The notes beneath the pieces are model-generated. The model was given only the letters and a program-made list of their open reading frames with translations. It did not search any database and was not told where the DNA came from. A DNA stretch of 64,000 bases from an uncultured Atopobiaceae bacterium (lineage in GTDB: Bacteria; Actinomycetota; Coriobacteriia; Coriobacteriales; Atopobiaceae), in contig CANQFP010000002.1 in the NCBI GenBank assembly GCA_947599965.1, positions 3,958 to 67,957 of the forward strand. Direction: 5' to 3'. The position numbers and the translations under genes are program-made. How positions within the stretch are numbered: the stretch's first letter is position 1; the number at the start of each line of letters is the position of its first letter. Below are positions 1 to 8,240 of the stretch, in pieces.

Positions 1-1
1 C

Positions 2-694
2 GTGACCATGGGCGTGCTCACCCTCGTGGAGTTCCTCATGCTCTTCTCGCTCCACGCGGCTCGGGCGTTGGGCCTGCTGGACGATGCAGGGCTCGTGCGG
101 GGTCTGGCCGAGGTCGAAGACGCCATTCGCTCCCACGGCGAGGCGCTGGACGTCTCGCGGGCATTCGTGGAGCGCAACCGTCTCTCGCTCGCTCGCGTTG
201 CGCCGACCATCGTGATCGGCGACGGACCGGGCTTCGGCGTGGCGGGCGAGGCCGCCCTCAAGCTCATGGAAACGCTCAAGATGCCGGCGATGGCCTTCGA
301 GGGCGAGGAATTCGCCCATGGTCCATCGATGCAGGTCGCGCCGGGATACAGGGTCTTCGTCATCGACGACGGCACCCAGGGCGCGCTCCATCGGCTCCTC
401 GCCGAGGAGATGGCGCGCGTCACGGCGGACACCTGGCTCATCACCTGCGAACCCCTTGGCCTCCCCTTCGCCGTGCCCATGCCCCCCGTGGCGTCTGCGG
501 CCACGGCGGCTCTCGTCCAGTTGCCCTTCTTCCAAACCTACTGCGCCCTGTTGGCCGAAGAGCTGCACGCCTGGGACGTGCACCCCTTCCTCGCCGGCCC
601 GGGCGAGACGTTCGCCGCCAAGGCCGCCGGTTACGACGAGCGGCAGGAATCCCTGAAAGCCCAAGCCCGGCTCGCATGGGAGCGAGAGGGCTGA
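2..694 (+). CDS. SIS-domain sugar-phosphate isomerase/deglycase, C-terminal part (5' end lies outside the window)
   Basis: The ORF is open to the window edge. The motif GDGPGFGVAGEAALKLMETLKMPAMAFEGEEFAHGP is typical of the second SIS domain of AgaS/FrlB/GlmS-isomerase-type proteins. It is followed by a second SIS gene and a Man-family PTS. Confidence 0.75.
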   Translation: MTMGVLTLVEFLMLFSLHAARALGLLDDAGLVRGLAEVEDAIRSHGEALDVSRAFVERNRLSLARVAPTIVIGDGPGFGVAGEAALKLMETLKMPAMAFEGEEFAHGPSMQVAPGYRVFVIDDGTQGALHRLLAEEMARVTADTWLITCEPLGLPFAVPMPPVASAATAALVQLPFFQTYCALLAEELHAWDVHPFLAGPGETFAAKAAGYDERQESLKAQARLAWEREG

Positions 695-762
695 GCGATA
701 CCGCCTGTGGAGCGCATCGGGCTCGTCCTGGCCGGATGCGCGAGGAGAAAGGAAGTGGGGCG

Positions 763-1824
763 ATGAAGGAAACGGAGATGGTCGAGATCATGCATTTCGA
801 CCAAGACGGCTACCTGGAGGACGGCAAGGCCCTGAGGGCCGTGGGCGATGCGCTCGAGGCCATGGCAGACACCGTGGCCGACGAGGGCTACGATGCCGTC
901 TTCCTCATGGGGGTCGGCGGCACGTGGGACGAGCTCATGCAGCTCGAGTACCTCATGTCCAAGTACAGCGACAAGGACTTCGAGGTCTACCTCATCCATG
1001 CCGCCGAGTGGCTCGTGGCGGGCCACAAGCGCATGACCGAGAAGTCCGTGGTGCTCACGGCCTCGGAATCGGGCACCACGCCCGAGATCTTGGAGGCCGT
1101 GAAGAAGCTCAAGGCCATGGGCGTGCGGGTGTTCGCCATGACCAAGCCCGAGGGCCCCATCGGGCAGGCCGTGGGCGTCGACCACTGCGTGGCCATGGCG
1201 TCCGACCATGGCTCCGGAGGATGCGAGAAGGGCTACTATCTCGCGGATCGCTTTGGCCTGAAGTTGCTCGAGCGCCGTGGCTGCTTCCCCGACTACCGGC
1301 AGTTCGTGGACCAGTGCGACGGCATCTGGGCCGATCTCCTGAACATCCGCAAGGCCTTCGAGCCCAAGGCCGAGGCGATCGCGAAGGCCTATGCGCTCGC
1401 CCCCTACACGATGTTCATCGGCTCCGGCGCCCTCTGGGGCGAGACCATCCTCTTCTCCATGTGCATCCTCGAGGAGATGCAATGGAAGCGCACCCGCTAC
1501 ATCACCTCGGCCGATTTCTTCCACGGCACCTTGGAGCTGGTGGAGCCGGGCGTGCCGGTGGTGCTCTTCAAGGGCGTCGACGAGTACCGCAAGCTCGACG
1601 ATCGCGTGGATGCCTTCCTCAAGAGCGGCCGCACGGGCGACGCCGACATCGTGGTCATCGACGTGAACGAGTATGCCACGCCCTCCATCGACGAGAAGTT
1701 CCGCACCATCGTGAGCCCTTGGATTCTGAGCTCCCTCGTCACGGATCGCCTCGCTCGCTACTACGAGATCGTGACCAAGCACAACCTCAACTACCGCCGC
1801 TACTACCACCAGTTCGACTACTAG
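763..1824 (+). CDS. SIS-domain protein, fructosamine-6-phosphate deglycase-like (FrlB/GfrE-F type)
   Basis: It has two SIS-like halves (FLMGVGGTWDE...VLTASESGTTPEILEAVKKLK and FIGSGALWGE...ADFFHGTLELVEPG). ATG 763 follows GAGGAGAAAGGAAG. The longer ORF start at 676 would overlap the upstream gene. Confidence 0.8.
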   Translation: MKETEMVEIMHFDQDGYLEDGKALRAVGDALEAMADTVADEGYDAVFLMGVGGTWDELMQLEYLMSKYSDKDFEVYLIHAAEWLVAGHKRMTEKSVVLTASESGTTPEILEAVKKLKAMGVRVFAMTKPEGPIGQAVGVDHCVAMASDHGSGGCEKGYYLADRFGLKLLERRGCFPDYRQFVDQCDGIWADLLNIRKAFEPKAEAIAKAYALAPYTMFIGSGALWGETILFSMCILEEMQWKRTRYITSADFFHGTLELVEPGVPVVLFKGVDEYRKLDDRVDAFLKSGRTGDADIVVIDVNEYATPSIDEKFRTIVSPWILSSLVTDRLARYYEIVTKHNLNYRRYYHQFDY

Positions 1825-1838
1825 GCGGAGGAGCTGCC

Positions 1839-2261
1839 TTGACCGAGTACATCATCGCATCGCACGCCCATCTCTCCCAGGGCCTCGTGGAGGCGCTCTC
1901 GTTCCTCGCCGGCGAGCGCGAGGACGTCCACGTCCTCACCCTCTTCGTCGACGGCCACCTGGATGTCGAAGGCGAGGTGCAAGGGGCCCTCGATCGCATC
2001 CCCGACGATCGGAACGTGATCGTGTGCACCGACATCCTCGGCGGCTCCGTGAACAACGAGTTCGTGAAGGCGCTCGCCCGTCGTCCGCGCACCTACGTGG
2101 TGACCAACATGAACCTCCCCACGGTCATTTCGCTGGTCATCTCCGGCGAGGGACGCGATCCCGAGGAGCTCATCCGCGAGGTGCTCGCCCAAACCGAGGT
2201 CCAGCCAACCTTCGTGAACGACTTCCTCGCCGAGCAAGCAGAAAACGACGACGACTTCTAA
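1839..2261 (+). CDS. PTS mannose/fructose/sorbose-family EIIA component
   Basis: The N-terminus reads IIASHAHLSQGLVEAL with a phosphorylatable His, and the size is about 140 aa. A TTG start at 1839 follows GGCGGAGGAG and is in frame with ORF 924..2261. It sits directly upstream of EIIB, C and D. Confidence 0.8.
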   Translation: MTEYIIASHAHLSQGLVEALSFLAGEREDVHVLTLFVDGHLDVEGEVQGALDRIPDDRNVIVCTDILGGSVNNEFVKALARRPRTYVVTNMNLPTVISLVISGEGRDPEELIREVLAQTEVQPTFVNDFLAEQAENDDDF

Positions 2262-2318
2262 CTGCGGAGGCCCCGAGCGCGCATCCGCATCGCTTCGAAT
2301 GAAAGGCGAGACATCCCA

Positions 2319-2789
2319 ATGATCCTTCTGTGCAGAGTCGATCACCGACTGCTCCATGGCCAAGTGGCGGTCTCATGGGTCCAGGGCCTGAGCGCCAACT
2401 GCATCTTCTGCGTCGGCGACCACGTGGCCACCGATCCCGTGTGGAAGACAACCCTGAAGCTCGGCAAACCTGCGGGCTGCAAGCTCGTGATCAAGAACAT
2501 GGCTGACGCCATCGAGGCCATCAACTCCGGCGTGACCGACAAGTACCGCATGCTCATCTGCGTCCAAACTATCGCCGAGGCCAAGGAGCTGGCGGACCAC
2601 TGCCCCGCCATCACCAGCATCAACCTCGGAAACACCAAAGCCAGCCCGAGCACGCGCGAGATCTCCCGTCAGATCTTCCTCGAACCCGATGAGGAGGAAA
2701 TGCTCAAGGAACTCATCGCCCGTGGCATCGAAGTGGAAATCCGACCTCTGGCTGACGACCCGAAGGTCTTGGCCAAGGACCTGCTGTAA
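2319..2789 (+). CDS. PTS mannose/sorbose-family EIIB component
   Basis: The N-terminal signature LLCRVDHRLLHGQVAVSW matches the RVDxRLxHGQV phospho-His motif of sorbose-subfamily IIB. Confidence 0.9.
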   Translation: MILLCRVDHRLLHGQVAVSWVQGLSANCIFCVGDHVATDPVWKTTLKLGKPAGCKLVIKNMADAIEAINSGVTDKYRMLICVQTIAEAKELADHCPAITSINLGNTKASPSTREISRQIFLEPDEEEMLKELIARGIEVEIRPLADDPKVLAKDLL

Positions 2790-2816
2790 CCGATACCCCG
2801 ACGAGAGGTGCTCCTC

Positions 2817-3593
2817 ATGGTTATGCAAGCCATACTCATAGGACTCATCGGTGCGCTGGGAAAATTCGACTACCAGCTTGGCACCCTCTATATGTTCCGG
2901 CCCATCGTCCTCTGCCCGCTCGTGGGCCTCGTCCTCGGCGACGTGCCCACGGGTCTGGCCATCGGAGCCAGTCTCGAGCTGCTCTTCATGGGCTCCATCT
3001 CCATCGGAGCCTACGTGCCGCCCGACGAGACCGTTGGCAGCGTCCTCGCCTGTGCCTTCGCCATCTCGCTCGGTCAGGGCACCGAGGCGGCCATCGCGCT
3101 GGCCATGCCCATCGCGGTGCTCTCCCTCGCCCTCTCGAACATCATGAACCCGATCTTTCCGTTCTTCGTGGATCTATGCGACACCTACGCGCTTAAGGGC
3201 ACCATGAGCGGCATCTACGCGGTGCACTGGGGCATCGGCATCGTGGGCGGTTGCCTCAAGGCGTTCATCCTCTGCATGGGTGCCTACATGCTCGGCGTCG
3301 AGGCCGTGCAGGGCATCCTCGACTGGATCCCCGATTTCGTGCTCAACGGCTTCGGCGTGGCCGCGAACATCCTGCCCGCCATGGGTTTCGCCATGCTCGG
3401 CCGCCTCGTGATCACTCCGAAGCTCGTGCCGTTCTACTTCCTCGGCTTCGTGATCGCCTCCTACATGGGCGTGCCGGTGCTCGGCGTGGCGATCATCGCC
3501 ATCTTCATCGGCATCGAGAAGTTCTCCCTGCTTGACGGCGGTTTCGCGCAAGAGAGCGTTGCACTGGAAGGAGATGACGACGATGACTTCTGA
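2817..3593 (+). CDS. PTS mannose/sorbose-family EIIC membrane component
   Basis: It is a polytopic hydrophobic protein (MVMQAILIGLIGALGKFDYQLG...) in the canonical EIIC position. ATG 2817 lies 8 nt after GAGAGG. GTG 2808 is an alternative start. Confidence 0.85.
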   Translation: MVMQAILIGLIGALGKFDYQLGTLYMFRPIVLCPLVGLVLGDVPTGLAIGASLELLFMGSISIGAYVPPDETVGSVLACAFAISLGQGTEAAIALAMPIAVLSLALSNIMNPIFPFFVDLCDTYALKGTMSGIYAVHWGIGIVGGCLKAFILCMGAYMLGVEAVQGILDWIPDFVLNGFGVAANILPAMGFAMLGRLVITPKLVPFYFLGFVIASYMGVPVLGVAIIAIFIGIEKFSLLDGGFAQESVALEGDDDDDF

Positions 3594-4467
3594 TACCCAG
3601 ATCACCCAGATGAGGGACGATGGCGGTGCCATCGCCATGGCTGAGGGCGCGCCCAACGAGCCTCTGATCAGCAAGAGAGATCTCACCAAGATGTCCCTCA
3701 ACTTGGGATCCCTTGGCATGGAGTTCTCTTGGACGTACTACAAGCAGATGAACATCGCCTTCGCGCTCATGGTCGCGAAGCTGCTGAAGAAGATCTATCC
3801 CGATGACGAGCAGAAGTACAACGAGGCCGTGGAACGCCATCTGGCCTTCTTCAACATCACCGTGCAATTCGCGCCCTTCGTGGGCGGCGTGGCGCTCTCC
3901 ATGGAGGAGCGCATCGCCAAGGGCGAGATGGACGCCGGCTCCGTGAATGACGTGAAGGCCGCCCTCATGGGCCCGCTCTCCGGCATCGGCGACTCGATCT
4001 TCCTCGCCACCCTTCGCGTGATTGCGGCGGCCGTGGGCATCGCGCTCTGCCAGGCCGGCAACGCCTTCGGACCCATCGCCTTCCTGCTCATCTACAACAT
4101 CCCCGGTTTCTGGGTGCGCATCTGGGGCGCCCACAAGGGCTATGAGCTTGGTGTCGGCTTCCTCGAGCAGGCTACGAAGAACGGCCTCATGGAGAAGGTG
4201 ATGACGGCCATATCCATCGTGGGCGTGATGGTCGTGGGCGCCATGAGCGTGAGCATGTTCTGGGCCACGCTCCCCGTAGAGATCGGCGTCGGCGATAACA
4301 TGACCACGCTCCAGGAGATTCTCGACGGCATCATGCCGGGCATCCTCGGACTCGCGGCCTTCTGGATCTACTACTGGCTGCTCTCCAAGAAGGTGAGTCC
4401 CAATTGGCTCATCATCTGGACGATGGTGATCGGCGTGGTGGGGGCGTTCTTCGGTTTCCTCGCGTAG
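3583..4467 (+). CDS. PTS mannose/sorbose-family EIID membrane component
   Basis: LNLGSLGMEFSWTYYKQMNIAFALM is typical of the EIID N-terminal region. GGAAGGAG at 3566-3573 precedes ATG 3583, with ATG 3574 as an alternative. It overlaps the EIIC stop. Confidence 0.85.
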   Translation: MTSDTQITQMRDDGGAIAMAEGAPNEPLISKRDLTKMSLNLGSLGMEFSWTYYKQMNIAFALMVAKLLKKIYPDDEQKYNEAVERHLAFFNITVQFAPFVGGVALSMEERIAKGEMDAGSVNDVKAALMGPLSGIGDSIFLATLRVIAAAVGIALCQAGNAFGPIAFLLIYNIPGFWVRIWGAHKGYELGVGFLEQATKNGLMEKVMTAISIVGVMVVGAMSVSMFWATLPVEIGVGDNMTTLQEILDGIMPGILGLAAFWIYYWLLSKKVSPNWLIIWTMVIGVVGAFFGFLA

Positions 4468-4485
4468 GCCACTCTCCCTTCTCTC

Positions 4486-4524
4486 GGTGCGCGGCGTCCA
4501 TCCTCGTGGCTGGCGCCGCGCACC
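4486..4524 (+). terminator. GC-rich hairpin downstream of the PTS operon
   Basis: There is a perfect 11-bp stem, GGTGCGCGGCG (4486-4496) with CGCCGCGCACC (4514-4524), and a 17-nt loop. It has no U-tract, which is not unusual for high-GC terminators. Confidence 0.4.
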
Positions 4525-4596
4525 TCATGTCCCGACCATCCCAAGCGCCGCTTCGGCGGCAACGAACGGACGAGAAAGACGTGCAGGTGCTCTTCC

Positions 4597-5829
4597 ATGG
4601 GAACATTGGCGAAGCTGAAGTTGGGCATGGGCGCTCGCGAGTGGGAGCTCATCTGGATCGAGTCGCTCCAGTGGTGCGCGAACAACGCCGTCTACTTCCT
4701 CGGGCTCATCGGCGCCGCCACCTACGATCTTGCCGGCGGCGCGTTCCTGGTGGCGGGCATCGCGCTCGTGAAGAACCTCTGCATGAGCCTTGGCAACGTG
4801 CTCGCGGGACCGGCTGTCGACCGCATGGGGCCACGCCGGGTGACGATCGCCACGGTGGGCGCGAGCGTTGCGGCCTCGCTCGTCGTGGGCATCTTGCCGC
4901 TTTCCGTGGGCCTGCTCTTCTTCGCCGCGGTCTTCCTGGGGCTCATGGGCGGCTTCATCAACACCTGCACGCACGCCTACCCGAGCTATCTCCAGCCTGA
5001 CGACCAAGCACGCCAGCGCCTCAACGGCTACCTCGTGCTCTTCGGCAACATCGCCTTCACGCTCGGACCCATCGTGGGCGGGGTGCTCGTGGCCATGCTG
5101 CCCACGAATTCCATCTACTTCTTCATGGCGGCGCTCATGTTCATCGCCTTGTGCGTGGCCCTTCCCTGTCGTGAGCTCGTGCGACCGTCCGTCGAGGAAG
5201 TGGAGTCCGTGGGCGTGGTGAGCGGCATGGTGGAGGGCGCGCGTCTCACCTTCCGCGACCAAGCGCTCCGCATCATCTTCCTCACGGGCTTCTTCGGGTT
5301 CCTCGCCTTCGGGGCTTTCGACTCGCTCGAGTCGATCTTCTATCGCGACGTGCTGCAAGTGGACATCGAATGGCTCGGTTGGCTCTCCGCCGAGGTGGGC
5401 GTGACCTCCACCATCGGCTCGTGGATCGTCACGCGGCTCCCCTCCCGTTCCGTGAACCTCGGCACGCTCGTGGGATCGCTCTTCGTTGTGGGAGTGGGTT
5501 CCATCATCTACGTGTGCACCGGCAATCTGACGGTGGCCATCGCGGGACAGGCGATCAACGGCTTTGGCTGGGGGTTCTTGGAGCCCGTGCAGATGACGCT
5601 CGTGCAGAGGGACACGCCGCTCGACAAGCTCGGCCGCGTGATGGGGTTCGTGCGCTTCGGCCATATGTTCGCAGGCGTGTTCCCGCTGCTCGTCGCCCCG
5701 TTTTTGGCAGGGGCGATGGGAGCGCAGGGCGTGCTCCTCGGCGCCTCGTGCATCGTCGCCTTCGTGGGCCTGTTCTGCGTGGTCTTGAGGGTCATCCGTC
5801 TGCGCCAAGGCGTTCGAGCTTGGAAGTGA
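4597..5829 (+). CDS. MFS transporter
   Basis: The 410-aa protein has roughly 12 hydrophobic segments and a loop motif GPAVDRMGPRRV resembling the MFS TM2-TM3 signature. The start is uncertain, with ATG 4627 as an alternative. Confidence 0.8.
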   Translation: MGTLAKLKLGMGAREWELIWIESLQWCANNAVYFLGLIGAATYDLAGGAFLVAGIALVKNLCMSLGNVLAGPAVDRMGPRRVTIATVGASVAASLVVGILPLSVGLLFFAAVFLGLMGGFINTCTHAYPSYLQPDDQARQRLNGYLVLFGNIAFTLGPIVGGVLVAMLPTNSIYFFMAALMFIALCVALPCRELVRPSVEEVESVGVVSGMVEGARLTFRDQALRIIFLTGFFGFLAFGAFDSLESIFYRDVLQVDIEWLGWLSAEVGVTSTIGSWIVTRLPSRSVNLGTLVGSLFVVGVGSIIYVCTGNLTVAIAGQAINGFGWGFLEPVQMTLVQRDTPLDKLGRVMGFVRFGHMFAGVFPLLVAPFLAGAMGAQGVLLGASCIVAFVGLFCVVLRVIRLRQGVRAWK

Positions 5830-5885
5830 CGGGGGCGGGGCAGTCGATCCGATCGGCTGTCCCACTTTACGCGTGGCGATACGGG

Positions 5886-5918
5886 TATAATCGCACTATC
5901 TTGCTAATGAGTTGCGAT
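5886..5918 (+). promoter_or_regulatory. Candidate promoter and operator of the toxin-antitoxin pair
   Basis: A perfect TATAAT lies at 5886-5891 in a locally AT-richer stretch. It overlaps an inverted repeat, ATCGCA (5890-5895) with TGCGAT (5913-5918). There is no convincing -35 element. Confidence 0.3.
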
Positions 5919-5947
5919 ATGAATGAGCATGCCATGAGGAGGATGCG

Positions 5948-6319
5948 ATGGGAGCCTCGATAGTGGATCGCTCTCGGGCGACATGGGCGAATTCGCGGGA
6001 AAGCGCTCGCATCGGGCTCTCGGATTTCACACATGGACGCAAATGGCGCTCCGAGCTCGTGGAAGTGGGCACCATGGAGATCATCGACCGCGATAAGACC
6101 TGCGGCTGGATCCTCTCTTGCGAGTGTTTGGACGCCCTCATGCTTCGCATGGGCGATTTGGAGGAGAGGCTCGAGCGGGCGGAAGTCGCGGCCATCATAG
6201 CCGAGCGTGCCGAGAAGGCGCATTATGCCTCGGGAGATGAGGCCGCTCGCGATATCGCCGCCGCCTTCGACGAGCGCTATGGCGAATGGCTCGAGGATCT
6301 CGATGCCGGCGAACGTTGA
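5948..6319 (+). CDS. Putative type II antitoxin (RelB/ParD/StbD-like C-terminal helix region)
   Basis: AGGAGG at 5937-5942 lies 5 nt before ATG 5948. The C-terminal LEERLERAEVAAIIAERAEK...GDEAARDIAAAF resembles antitoxins partnered with RelE/ParE. Its stop overlaps the toxin start by 17 nt. An alternative internal start is ATG 6074. Confidence 0.55.
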   Translation: MGASIVDRSRATWANSRESARIGLSDFTHGRKWRSELVEVGTMEIIDRDKTCGWILSCECLDALMLRMGDLEERLERAEVAAIIAERAEKAHYASGDEAARDIAAAFDERYGEWLEDLDAGER

Positions 6320-6692
6320 TCGCAGCACGCTCTCCCTGGCCATCGAGCGTCTCACGAGCATTCCCAACGTGAGCTTCCATGTCGACGGTCTCGCAGACGA
6401 CCTTCACTCGCTCATTGCGATGTGGCCCGACGAGCAAGCGTTCCTCACGGTGATCTCGAGTACCGTGGGAGCGATCGAGCTCATCGTGGAAGACAAGGCC
6501 CTCGCCTCGTTGCTGAGCCGGGACCTCGCCGGCTGGCGCTCATTTCATTACCCTCATTCACGCAGCCACAGGGGCAAGGCCGACATGCGGATCATCTATC
6601 GTCGCGTGGGCTCCGAGGTGCAGGTTCTCGGTTTCGGCCATCGCTATGTACCCTCCGATGTCTACGCTCGTCTGATCGATCGCGCGACCTGA
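6303..6692 (+). CDS. RelE/ParE-family toxin-like protein
   Basis: The C-terminal GKADMRIIYRRVGSEVQVLGFGHRYVPSDVYARL matches the RelE/ParE core (dyRiiYrv...V.vl.vghR..vY). ATG 6303 overlaps the upstream stop at 6317-6319. Confidence 0.7.
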   Translation: MPANVDRSTLSLAIERLTSIPNVSFHVDGLADDLHSLIAMWPDEQAFLTVISSTVGAIELIVEDKALASLLSRDLAGWRSFHYPHSRSHRGKADMRIIYRRVGSEVQVLGFGHRYVPSDVYARLIDRAT

Positions 6693-6800
6693 TGCGAGCG
6701 GCCCCGGTTTGGGCGGGGCAATTGTCGAGACATCGCTCGGGTAGGATGGGTACGAGCCGAGCGGCAGATTGAGAGGGCAGCGGGCGAGGGGAGGCGAGCC

Positions 6801-8240
6801 GTGAATCCCGTCATCGTCATCCCGAGCTATTGGACCGATGAGGCCCATGCCGAGGGAGCGTACGACCACGCCACCTATCTCTCGGATGAGCGTGCCGAGC
6901 TCGCACGCTGCCTCGAATCCCTCGAGCAGGTGCGCGGCGTCATCCGCACGTGCATCCTCCTCGTGGCGCCCGACGAGGTGGAGGTCGAGGCGCGCAGGCG
7001 GGTGGACGCCATTGCCTCCGAGCATCCCGGTCTCGCGCCCGTCGTCGTGGGCGCGCCCGAGCACGCGCGCCTGCGCGAGGCCGTCGCCCTCGCAGCCCCC
7101 ACGCTTCCCGGAGACTGCGTCTCGCTCCGCGGCTACGGCGCCATTCGCAACCTCGGGCTCCTCGTGGCGGCCGTCCTCGGCCATGACGTCTGCGTCTTCA
7201 TGGACGATGACGAGCTCGCGCTCGACGACACGTTCCTCTTGGACGCCGTCTACGGGCTCGGCAACCTCACGCGGCAAGGCGAACCCATCGTCGCCAAGAG
7301 CGGCTACTTCCTGAACGAGCACGGCTCCTGCTACGCCGCGGCCGACGACGCCTGGTGCGATCGCGATTGGAACAAGGCCGCCGAGTTCAACGAGTGGATG
7401 CGCCAGGCCATGACGGCGCCGCGCATCAGTCGCTCGAACCACGTCTGCGGCGGTTGCATGGCGCTCCACGCGGAGGCGTTCACGAGGGTGGCCTTCGACC
7501 CCTACATCACGCGCGGCGAGGACACCGACTACCTCATCAACATGCGCTTCTACGGGCTGGACGTCTGGTTCGACAATCGCTGGCGCGTGGAGCATCGCCC
7601 GCCGCGCACGACCGTGCCCTCCCGCAGGTTCGCGCAGAACGTCTACCGCTGGATCTACGAGCGCGCGAAGCTCCAGTTCGCCGCATCCATCATCGGCTTC
7701 AACCGCGTGACGCCCTCCTCGCTCATGCCCTATCCCGGCACGTGGGTGAGCCCGGCCGTGGACGAGAACGCTCGCAAGACGGCCTTCCGTCGTGCCATCG
7801 CCACGAACGAGCACGCCGCCTACCTCGACATCTGGCGCCACGGCATCAGCGACGCCCGCGCGAGCGCCGAGGCCTCCAAGAGCCGCTACCTCGCCTTCCA
7901 AACGTGGTGGCCGGCGCTCATGGAGGCGCTTTGGGATCGCCGTGATCTCGGCCTCGAGCTCCTCGCGAGCGGCATCCCCAGGGCCATCCGCGAGCAGGTG
8001 ACGCCCGAGGCCACGGCCTACATCGTGGGCGGCGGTGAGGCGGCCGAGGCCCTCTGGGCCATGGCCGAGCCCGATGAGGCGATCGCCGGGAAGGATGTGG
8101 ATCTCGAGGTCATGAGCGCCGTCGACGAGGCGGTCGAGGGCGTGGCGAGCGCCGTCTCGGGGGAGGGGCCGGCCCAGACGTTCTTCGACGAGGGTGCCGA
8201 GGTGCCCGAGGCCGGCGCCGAAACCGAGGACGCCTCGTGA
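6801..8240 (+). CDS. Soluble GT-A (GT2-like) glycosyltransferase-like protein with a helical and acidic C-terminal extension
   Basis: The sequence VIVIPSYW...RGYGAIRNLGLLVAAVLGHDVCVFMDDDE...GGCMALHAEAF...RGEDTDYLINMRFYGLDVWF follows the GT2 motif order (G..ARN.G / DxD / GEDxD). There is no TM segment. The GTG start follows GGGGAGG. Confidence 0.6.
   Translation: MNPVIVIPSYWTDEAHAEGAYDHATYLSDERAELARCLESLEQVRGVIRTCILLVAPDEVEVEARRRVDAIASEHPGLAPVVVGAPEHARLREAVALAAPTLPGDCVSLRGYGAIRNLGLLVAAVLGHDVCVFMDDDELALDDTFLLDAVYGLGNLTRQGEPIVAKSGYFLNEHGSCYAAADDAWCDRDWNKAAEFNEWMRQAMTAPRISRSNHVCGGCMALHAEAFTRVAFDPYITRGEDTDYLINMRFYGLDVWFDNRWRVEHRPPRTTVPSRRFAQNVYRWIYERAKLQFAASIIGFNRVTPSSLMPYPGTWVSPAVDENARKTAFRRAIATNEHAAYLDIWRHGISDARASAEASKSRYLAFQTWWPALMEALWDRRDLGLELLASGIPRAIREQVTPEATAYIVGGGEAAEALWAMAEPDEAIAGKDVDLEVMSAVDEAVEGVASAVSGEGPAQTFFDEGAEVPEAGAETEDAS

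Noticed and set aside
631-1809. Long antisense or out-of-frame ORFs throughout the window. Examples are 631..1809(-), 4525..5865(-), 6558..7901(-), 8018..9952(-), 9759..10937(-), 14591..16399(-), 25742..27379(-), 32756..35152(-), 41951..44158(-), 49122..51674(-), 55236..58055(-) and 60657..62270(-).
   Set aside because: They lie opposite or out of frame to genes with clear family motifs. Their translations are dominated by Arg, Ala, Gly, Pro, Glu, Asp and His runs with no motifs. These are the expected stop-codon-poor artefacts of a very GC-rich genome.
6207-6302. Earlier ATG starts (6207, 6225, 6237, 6279) for the RelE/ParE-like gene.
   Set aside because: They would overlap the antitoxin by up to 113 nt and encode Pro/Arg/Ser-rich sequence. 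ATG 6303 gives the usual short TA overlap.
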